Below, piece after piece: positions 57,170 through 64,000 of a stretch of DNA of 64,000 bases. The notes under the pieces were generated by a model, which saw only the letters and a list, made by a program, of their open reading frames with translations, had not been told where the DNA came from and made no database searches. The first letter of the stretch is position 1; every line of letters begins with the position of its first letter. Source of the stretch: an uncultured delta proteobacterium (lineage in GTDB: Bacteria; Myxococcota_A; UBA9160; UBA4427); contig CAWGJT010000015.1 in assembly GCA_963822965.1 (NCBI GenBank), forward strand, positions 64,001 through 128,000, read 5' to 3'. A program made the translations under genes and the position numbers.

Positions 57170-57625
57170 TCAGGAGCCGCTCGCGCCCTTCCTGGCCTGG
57201 AACCAGCCCTGGATCATCTTCTGGAAGTGCGCCGGGTTGTACACGTCTTCCTCGTAGGACCAGAGTCCCCGCCCCGCGTACTTGAGGAGGGTGAAGTTGT
57301 ACGCCTGGTGCAGGCTCCCGTCTCCCGGGTCCTCCATCCGATTCCACACCTGGCAGACCACCCAGCCGCGCTCCTCGTCGATCAGGTACCACTCGATCGG
57401 GAAGTACTTCATCTGGTTGTTCGGGTTCTGGGCCATGGTCGTGGTGATCCAGCGCCGGATCGCCTCCCGGCCCCCGAACTCCCCGAAGAGGTGCTCGACG
57501 TAGGTGGCGTCCTCGGTGAACAGGTCGGCCCAGGGATTCCAGTCGCCCGAGGTGCCCGCGGCGAGGGCGGTGTCCTGATACTTCTGGAAGGCGTCCTCGA
57601 TCTCGGCGCGGCTGTATCGGCCCAT
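57170..57625 (-). CDS. SnoaL-like / NTF2 family protein
   Basis: WADLFTEDATYVEH, GREAIRRW, YEEDVYN. Confidence 0.88.
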   Translation of the reverse strand: MGRYSRAEIEDAFQKYQDTALAAGTSGDWNPWADLFTEDATYVEHLFGEFGGREAIRRWITTTMAQNPNNQMKYFPIEWYLIDEERGWVVCQVWNRMEDPGDGSLHQAYNFTLLKYAGRGLWSYEEDVYNPAHFQKMIQGWFQARKGASGS

Positions 57626-57690
57626 GAAGTCTCCCGTCGCGTCTCGCGTCCTGGAATCGGCTCGGCGCTCGTCCGGCTCTCGTCCCGCTC

Positions 57691-57921
57691 TCACTCGGGC
57701 TCGTAGAACTCGCCCGAGAGGTCCACGAGCTTCTGCTGCAGGAAGTCGTGAGCGTCGCGGATGGCCTGATTGTAGACCGGCGCGCCCAGCTCGCGAACGA
57801 AGAAGTCGAGGAGCAGCCCGGCCCCGAGCTCGCCGATCTCGCGATCGAGGTTCTCGGCGAAGTACGCCTGAATTTCGCTCACCAGGCTGGCGCGACGCTC
57901 GTCCGAGAGCCGGATGCGCAT
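57691..57921 (-). CDS. DUF2164 family protein
   Basis: EIGELGAGLLLDFFVRELGAPVYNQAIRDA. Confidence 0.88.
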   Translation of the reverse strand: MRIRLSDERRASLVSEIQAYFAENLDREIGELGAGLLLDFFVRELGAPVYNQAIRDAHDFLQQKLVDLSGEFYEPE

Positions 57922-57984
57922 GCCCCCACGATACCCCCGCCCGGCAACCCCCGCCGCGACCGCCTACCCTACCCTTCCGACCCG

Positions 57985-58833
57985 ATGGACTACCAGGACA
58001 TCGCCTTCTCCCTCGACGCGGGCGTCGCGCTCGTCGAGCTGAATCGTCCCGAGCAGCTGAACACGTTCTCCGGTCGCATGGGCGTCGAGCTCGCCCACGC
58101 CTACCGCCGCTGCGACGAGGACGACGACGTGCGCGCCGTGATCGTGACCGGCCGCGGCACGGCGTTCTGTGCGGGCGCGGACATGAGCGCCGGCGAGGAG
58201 ACCTTCGCGAAGCAGGACGCCTCGGGCTTCAGCGCCGCGGCGGTAGCGGTTCCCGCCTGGGCCGTGCGCAAGCCCGTGATCGCAGCCATGAACGGCCACG
58301 CCATCGGCCTCGGCCTCACCCTGGCCCTCCAGTGTGATCTGCGCGTCGTCGCCGAGGAGGGGAAGTACGGCATCGTGCAGGTGCGGCGGGGCGTGATGCC
58401 CGACGCCTACTCGCACTGGACCCTGCCGCGGCTCGTGGGCATGGAGCGGGCGGCGGACCTGCTCCTCACCGGCCGCAAGCTCGGCGGCGCCGAGGCCGCG
58501 GCCATGGGACTCGCGAGCCGCTGCCTGCCCGCAGCCCGGGTGCTGGACGCCGCCCGCGAGATGGCTCGGGACATCGCCACGAATACCGCGCCCCTGTCCG
58601 TGGCGGTCACCAAGCGCCTCCTGTGGGAGAGCCCGAACCTGTCGCCCGCCGAGGTGGGCCATCGCGAGACGGAGCTGCATCATCATCTGATGGGACGGCA
58701 GGACGCCATCGAAGGAGTGATGGCCTGGCTCGAGCGACGCCCGCCCCGGTGGACGTCGAGCGTCGCAAGGGACTGGCCCGCCTGGCCCGAGGGCGCGGGC
58801 GACGAACACGGTCGAGACGGGGAGCCGGAATGA
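57985..58833 (+). CDS. Enoyl-CoA hydratase/isomerase family protein
   Basis: [29 protein letters not shown]. Confidence 0.92.
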   Translation: MDYQDIAFSLDAGVALVELNRPEQLNTFSGRMGVELAHAYRRCDEDDDVRAVIVTGRGTAFCAGADMSAGEETFAKQDASGFSAAAVAVPAWAVRKPVIAAMNGHAIGLGLTLALQCDLRVVAEEGKYGIVQVRRGVMPDAYSHWTLPRLVGMERAADLLLTGRKLGGAEAAAMGLASRCLPAARVLDAAREMARDIATNTAPLSVAVTKRLLWESPNLSPAEVGHRETELHHHLMGRQDAIEGVMAWLERRPPRWTSSVARDWPAWPEGAGDEHGRDGEPE

Positions 58834-60854
58834 GCGCGGGACGGCGACGAGTGCGCGCGGGGATCGCGGTGGTGGCGCTCGCCTGGGGCCTGGCACCGGC
58901 GGCAGCCGCCGGCGCGGAGGGGGCGGCTTCGGCCGCCGGCGCCGAGGCGCCTCCCGGCGGAGCCACGAAGGGCCAATGCGACGAGTACGATCCCCTGCGC
59001 AACGCCTGGTTCGGCGATCTCCACGTCCACACGATCTTCTCCCTGGACGCCAGCACCCAGGACACGCGCACGCGGCCGGCCGACGCGTACCGCTTCGCCA
59101 AGGGCGAGCGCATCGGCATCCAGCCGTTCCGCGCGGACGGCACCGCCATGCGCCACGTGCAGCTCTCGCGTCCCCTCGACTTCGTGGCGGTGACTGATCA
59201 CGCGGAGCTGCTGGGCGAGTGGAACACCTGCAACAGCCCGGAGCTGCCCGGCTACGACTCCTGGGTCTGCATCCTCTACCGGAACTGGCCGCGCGGCGCC
59301 TTCCTCTACATGAACTACCAGGCCTCGAAGGCCCGGCGTCACGACTTCTGCGGCGAGGGCGGACGTATCTGTCTGAAGGCGGCCCGCGAGCCGTGGCGCG
59401 AGATCCAGCAGGCGGCCGAGGAGCACCAGGACCACACCCGTGCCTGCCGCTTCACCACGTTTCCGGCCTACGAGTGGACGGGAGGCATCGGCTCCACGGG
59501 CAACAACTTCCACCGCAACGTGATCTTCCGCAACGAGCACGTCCCGGAGCTGCCCATCTCGTTCATCGACGCCCCCGTGCTCGAGGACTTCCGGAAGCGG
59601 CTCGGAAGCGAGTGCCGCAACGCGGGCACCGGCTGCGACGTGGTCGTCATTCCGCACAACTCGAACCTGTCCAGCGGTCTCATGTTCCAGACGACCCGCA
59701 GCGACGGCTCGCCGCTCACGAAGGCCGACGCCGAGGACCGAGCCAGCTACGAGACCCTGGTCGAGATCATGCAGCACAAGGGCGACTCGGAATGCCATCC
59801 CGCCTACAGCAGTGAGGACGAGCTGTGCGGGTTCGAGAAGCTTGCGACGAAGAACTTCGGCGTCCGATTCCTCCCCGCCCTGGGCGGGGACGACGCCGGC
59901 CCGGTGGCGCGCCAGTTCGTGCGGCGGGTGCTGCTCGAGGGCATGGAGCTCGATCGCCGCCTGGGCGCCAATCCCTTCCACTACGGCATCATCGCCAGCA
60001 CCGACACGCATCTGGGCACCCCGGGCCTCGTGGACGAGAGCGCCGACTACCCGGGGCACGGCGGAGCCGGGACGCCCGTGGGCGACGAGCTGCCCAAGGG
60101 TCTGCCGGACGCCTACGACTTCAATCCCGGCGGCCTGGCGGTGCTGTGGGCCGAGGAGAACTCCCGCGACTCGCTCTTCGACGCGATGCTGCGCCGCGAG
60201 GCGTACGGCACCAGCGGCCCCCGCATCGTGGTGCGCTTCTTCGGCGGCTGGGACCTGCCTGCGGACCTCTGCGAGTCCGGCGAGCTGCGTGCCCACGGGC
60301 TATACCCGGGGCGTGCCCATGGGCGGCACGCTCGCATCGGCCGGCGCCGAGGCGGGACGCGGTCCGGCCTTCGTCGTCTCCGCGCTGCGCGACCCGGGCA
60401 CGCCGGAAGCACCGGGCACGCCCCTGCAGCGGGTGCAGATCGTGAAGGGATGGCTCGACGGCGAGGACCTGCGCGAGCGGGTGATCGAGGTGGCCGGCGA
60501 CCCGGACAACGGCGCCGGCGTCGATCCCTCACCTGCGAGACCCACGGATCCGGCTTCGACGATCTGTGTGGCGTGTGGCGCGATCCGGACTTCGAAGCCT
60601 CGCAGCACGCCTTCTACTACGCCCGGGTGGTCGAGAACCCGACCTGTCGCTGGAGCCAGAAGCTGTGCCGCGCCCGCGGCGTCCGCTGCGACCAGCCGGA
60701 CACCATCGGCGAGGGCCTCGAGGGCTGCTGCGCCGAGGACCATCGGCCGGTCATCCAGGAACGCGCCTGGACGTCGCCCATCTGGTACCGGCCGGCGGAG
60801 GCCCCGCCGGCGGCAGAGCCCGCGGGATCCCGAGCGGTCCCCACCAGCCGTTGA
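58830..60854 (+). CDS. DUF3604 domain protein with two compensating frameshifts (near 60288 and 60527)
   Basis: [64 protein letters not shown] and [10 protein letters not shown] lie in a different frame; [11 protein letters not shown]. Confidence 0.88.
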   Translation: MSAGRRRVRAGIAVVALAWGLAPAAAAGAEGAASAAGAEAPPGGATKGQCDEYDPLRNAWFGDLHVHTIFSLDASTQDTRTRPADAYRFAKGERIGIQPFRADGTAMRHVQLSRPLDFVAVTDHAELLGEWNTCNSPELPGYDSWVCILYRNWPRGAFLYMNYQASKARRHDFCGEGGRICLKAAREPWREIQQAAEEHQDHTRACRFTTFPAYEWTGGIGSTGNNFHRNVIFRNEHVPELPISFIDAPVLEDFRKRLGSECRNAGTGCDVVVIPHNSNLSSGLMFQTTRSDGSPLTKADAEDRASYETLVEIMQHKGDSECHPAYSSEDELCGFEKLATKNFGVRFLPALGGDDAGPVARQFVRRVLLEGMELDRRLGANPFHYGIIASTDTHLGTPGLVDESADYPGHGGAGTPVGDELPKGLPDAYDFNPGGLAVLWAEENSRDSLFDAMLRREAYGTSGPRIVVRFFGGWDLPADLCESGELRAHGLYPGRAHGRHARIGRRRGGTRSGLRRLRAARPGHAGSTGHAPAAGADREGMARRRGPARAGDRGGRRPGQRRRRRSLTCETHGSGFDDLCGVWRDPDFEASQHAFYYARVVENPTCRWSQKLCRARGVRCDQPDTIGEGLEGCCAEDHRPVIQERAWTSPIWYRPAEAPPAAEPAGSRAVPTSR

Positions 60855-61849
60855 GCCCGGTGCGGCGCGGCCGCCGGCTGCTTCGCAGCCCGCTGCTCCA
60901 CTTCCTGCTGGTGGGGGCGCTGCTGGCGGCGCTGCGCGCCGCCCTCTGGCCGGTGCCGCCCGCAGCTCCGCCGCCCGTGGTGGTGGACCGGGCCACCGTC
61001 GACCGCCTGGCCCAGGACTGGGCCCAGAGCACCGGACGGCCGCCCACCGCGGCAGAGCTCGACGAGCTGGTCCAGGACGAGGTCGACCAGGAGCTGCTGG
61101 TGCGGGAGGCCCTGGCCCTGGGGCTGCAGCGAACCGACGCCGTGGTGCAGCGCCGCCTGATCCAGAACCAGCGCTTCCTGGAGCAGGAGACGGGCGCGTC
61201 GCCCGCGGCCGGCGGCGACGGCCCTGCGTCCGACGCCACTCTCCTCGAGCGCGCCCTGGCCCTGGGCCTCGAGCGCACGGACGTGGTGGTGCGGCGGCGG
61301 CTGGTGGAGCGCATGCGCGAGATCCTCCTCGCGAACGCCCCGGCGGAGCCCGCTCCGCCGGCGGCGACCCGCTCCTCCGAGACGTGGCTGCGGCTGAGCC
61401 AGATCCACGTGGCGCGCGCGGGCGACGACGAAGCCGGCGCCCGCGCGCGTGCCCAGGCGCTGGCTTCCCGGCTGCGGGCCGAGGGGCGCTCGCCCGACGA
61501 CCCGTCCGTGGCGAGCCTGGGCGACCCCTTCCTGATCCCCTTCACGCTCCCGCCCACCTCGAGCGAGCGGCTCGCCGCCCGCTTCGGACCGACCTTCGCG
61601 CGCGCTGCCGAAGCGCTGCCGGTGGGGGTGTGGTCGGACCCGATCCCTTCCGCCTACGGCCTGCACATCGTCTTCGTGCACGAGCGCTTCCAGCGACCTG
61701 CAGGTCGCCCGCCGGCCTCCGGGCGAACCCAGGAGGGCGACGCCGCATCGATACAGGAAGCACTGCAGATCCTGCGCCGAGGCGTCGATGTCATTCGGTA
61801 TGATCGAGAGGCCCCCCCTCGCGAGCCAGAGCCCGGCACCGCCGGGTGA
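60851..61849 (+). CDS. PpiC-type peptidyl-prolyl isomerase-like protein (DUF3604-associated)
   Basis: [28 protein letters not shown] (twice), [16 protein letters not shown]; start TTG 60851 or GTG 60860. Confidence 0.85.
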   Translation: MSPVRRGRRLLRSPLLHFLLVGALLAALRAALWPVPPAAPPPVVVDRATVDRLAQDWAQSTGRPPTAAELDELVQDEVDQELLVREALALGLQRTDAVVQRRLIQNQRFLEQETGASPAAGGDGPASDATLLERALALGLERTDVVVRRRLVERMREILLANAPAEPAPPAATRSSETWLRLSQIHVARAGDDEAGARARAQALASRLRAEGRSPDDPSVASLGDPFLIPFTLPPTSSERLAARFGPTFARAAEALPVGVWSDPIPSAYGLHIVFVHERFQRPAGRPPASGRTQEGDAASIQEALQILRRGVDVIRYDREAPPREPEPGTAG

Positions 61850-61873
61850 AGGCGCCCAGGATCCTCCCCCACC

Positions 61874-64000
61874 ATGGCCACCCGCCTGCACGTGCGCTTC
61901 GGCCGTCCCGGTGTCCCGGTGTCCGGCCGTCCCGGTGTCCGCCGGCTCGTGGCCGGCATCGCCGGCGTCCTGCTGCTGGCCCCGGCGAGCCTTGCCGCAG
62001 GTCCGCTGGCTCCCGACGAGATCCCGCCGCCCGCGAGCCCCATCGACCCGGCGGCCCTGCAGGCCGCCCGCGCCCTGGCCCAGCTCCAGCGCGACCTCGA
62101 TCGCGGCGACTACGCTTCGGCGCAGCTCTCCCTCGCTCGCGCCCGGGGCGCCGACCTGCTCAAGGACTACGTCTCGCTCTTCGAGGCGCGCATGCTGCTG
62201 GCGACGGGTCACCCCGGGAAGGCCGCCGAGGCCGCACGGCGCGGCCGGGAGGCCCACGCGGGCACCCCGGTGGCGGTGGCGTTCTCCGAGCTTCTCGGGG
62301 AGGCCCTGCTCGCCAAGGGCGACGAGGCCGGTGCCCGCGCCGCCTGGCAGGTCGCCTACCAGGCCACCCACAGCCCGGACCGACGCGCCCTGCTCGAGGA
62401 CCGGATCCTCGCCTCCCACGAGCGGACGGGAACCCTGAGCCTGGCGCTCCAGGAGTCCGGCAGCGACACCGCGGTGGCCGACGGGAGCCGCCTGCCGGCG
62501 GAGATGGCCCGCGACCTGCGGACCGACCTGTCTGCCGACGAGTGGCTGAAGCGGGCCGACCAGGCCCTGGCAGACGGACACTCGGAAGACGCCATCGCGG
62601 CCTATGACGCCGCCCTCGCCGCCGGCCTCGACGAGAAGGGCACCCGACACGCCCGGCGGGAGCGCGGGCACGCCCTCTTCCGCATCCGCCGCTACGACGA
62701 GGCGCTGACCGCGTTCGGCTCGCTGCTGCCCGAGCCGGAGGCGCGCTTCTGGTATGCGCGCTCGCTGGCCCGCGCCGGCCGGGTCAACGAGGCCGTGCGC
62801 TCCTTCGAGACCATCGGCGGCGCGCGCGATGCCCGGTACGGCACCTGGTCCCTCTATCTCGCCGGCACCCTGCTCGAAGACCGCGGCCAGACCGAGCGGG
62901 CGATGGCGCTCTACGAGCAGGTGGCCCGACAGGACCCGACGGAGCGGGGCCTCGACGCGCTCTGGCGCGTGGGCTGGTCGGCCTATGGCCACAAGAAGTA
63001 CCAGCACGCGCGGGAAGTGTTCACCGAGCTCGCCAAGCGCTCCGAGCCGCTCGACGCCCTGCGCCCGCGCTACTGGGCGGCGCGCTCCGCCGAAGGGCTC
63101 GGCAAGCGCAGCGAGGCCCGGCGCGAGCTCCGCGCCATCGCCCTCGAGTACCCGTTCTCGTACTACGGCTGGCGCGCGGGCGAACGCCTGGGCCAAGAGT
63201 CGCTGGCGACCCAGGCGTCCGGCGACGCGGGCGCCCGCCCCCTGCCGAGCGGTCCCTCCCAGCTCGATCCGCGCGAGGTCGAGCGGGTCGAGCTGCTGCT
63301 CGAGGCCGACCTGCGCGACTTCGCCGCCGAGGAGCTGGGCACCATCGTCGACCGGGCGCGGGGGCTCGACGATCGCAAGGCGCTCGGGCGCCTCTACGTG
63401 CGAACGGGCGACTACCACCGCGCCCAGCGCCTGGTGGTGGACGCCTACCGCGACTCGCTGTCCCGCGGCATCCAGCCGGGCAACGAGAGTCTGTGGTGGC
63501 TGTCGTGGCCCCCCGCCTACCGGGAGGTGGTGACGGACGTGTTTCCCCGGGACGCCGTCATCGATCCGGCGCTGGTGTGGGCCATCATGCGCGAGGAGAG
63601 CGGCTACCGGCCCTGGGTCACGTCCAGCGCCGGGGCGCGCGGCCTGCTGCAGATCATGCCCTCCACCGGCGCGCAGCTCGCGCAGAAGAAGGGCTATACG
63701 GACTTCGAGCCGGACGACCTCTACACGCCGCGGGTGAACATCGACCTCGGTGCCGCCTACCTCGACGAGCTCGGCCGGCGCTTCCCCGGCCGCCTGTCCG
63801 CCGCCATCGGCAGCTACAACGCCGGTCCCACCGCCGTGAACGGCTGGCTGCAGGGCAGCGAGAAGGATCGCGACGACGACGCCTGGGTGGAGGACATCCC
63901 CTACCACCAGACCCGCGCCTACGTGAAGCGCGTCCTGCGCAGCCTGCACGTCTATCGCACGATGTATCCGCCGGCGGCGCTGCTGCCCACCACGGCGCCC
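61874..64000 (+). CDS. Slt70-like soluble lytic transglycosylase with TPR region (3' end runs off the window)
   Basis: Manual translation from ATG 61874; AIMREESGY..SSAGARGLLQIMPSTG, GSYNAGP, WVEDIPYHQTRAYVKRV; absent from ORF track because there is no stop. Confidence 0.9.
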   Translation, partial: MATRLHVRFGRPGVPVSGRPGVRRLVAGIAGVLLLAPASLAAGPLAPDEIPPPASPIDPAALQAARALAQLQRDLDRGDYASAQLSLARARGADLLKDYVSLFEARMLLATGHPGKAAEAARRGREAHAGTPVAVAFSELLGEALLAKGDEAGARAAWQVAYQATHSPDRRALLEDRILASHERTGTLSLALQESGSDTAVADGSRLPAEMARDLRTDLSADEWLKRADQALADGHSEDAIAAYDAALAAGLDEKGTRHARRERGHALFRIRRYDEALTAFGSLLPEPEARFWYARSLARAGRVNEAVRSFETIGGARDARYGTWSLYLAGTLLEDRGQTERAMALYEQVARQDPTERGLDALWRVGWSAYGHKKYQHAREVFTELAKRSEPLDALRPRYWAARSAEGLGKRSEARRELRAIALEYPFSYYGWRAGERLGQESLATQASGDAGARPLPSGPSQLDPREVERVELLLEADLRDFAAEELGTIVDRARGLDDRKALGRLYVRTGDYHRAQRLVVDAYRDSLSRGIQPGNESLWWLSWPPAYREVVTDVFPRDAVIDPALVWAIMREESGYRPWVTSSAGARGLLQIMPSTGAQLAQKKGYTDFEPDDLYTPRVNIDLGAAYLDELGRRFPGRLSAAIGSYNAGPTAVNGWLQGSEKDRDDDAWVEDIPYHQTRAYVKRVLRSLHVYRTMYPPAALLPTTAP

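Overview
64 kb of very GC-rich (roughly 70-75% by eye) bacterial chromosome. Gene content (PEP-CTERM and IPTL-CTERM-like proteins, exosortase, DUF3604, Thr-type sulfatase, Cys-rich secreted proteins) suggests a Myxococcota/deltaproteobacterial-type lineage (inference). About 56 CDS are supported; I saw no rRNA, tRNA, CRISPR array or transposase. Main points: (1) a translationally coupled TetR - SAM methyltransferase - HgcAB-like corrinoid/membrane/ferredoxin fusion operon, with non-canonical cap-helix and Fe-S motifs and a 42-bp upstream palindrome, i.e. a candidate B12-dependent methyl-transfer system of unknown substrate; (2) a single-ORF topoisomerase III-RecQ-HRDC fusion; (3) a SelW/Rdx selenoprotein with in-frame UGA and a SECIS-like hairpin, missing from the ORF track; (4) a CCA/poly(A)-polymerase homologue with degenerate catalytic motifs, head-to-head with an RlmI-like methyltransferase carrying a degenerate RluA-like domain; (5) an lnt - secreted protein - membrane cyclase - CTERM-anchored protein operon; (6) a 159-bp TA-flanked MITE-like element; (7) recurrent 24-bp in-frame tandem duplications and a 34-bp palindromic tandem array; (8) about six single-base frameshifts, possibly long-read consensus errors. 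All family assignments come from motif recognition by eye, not from database searches.
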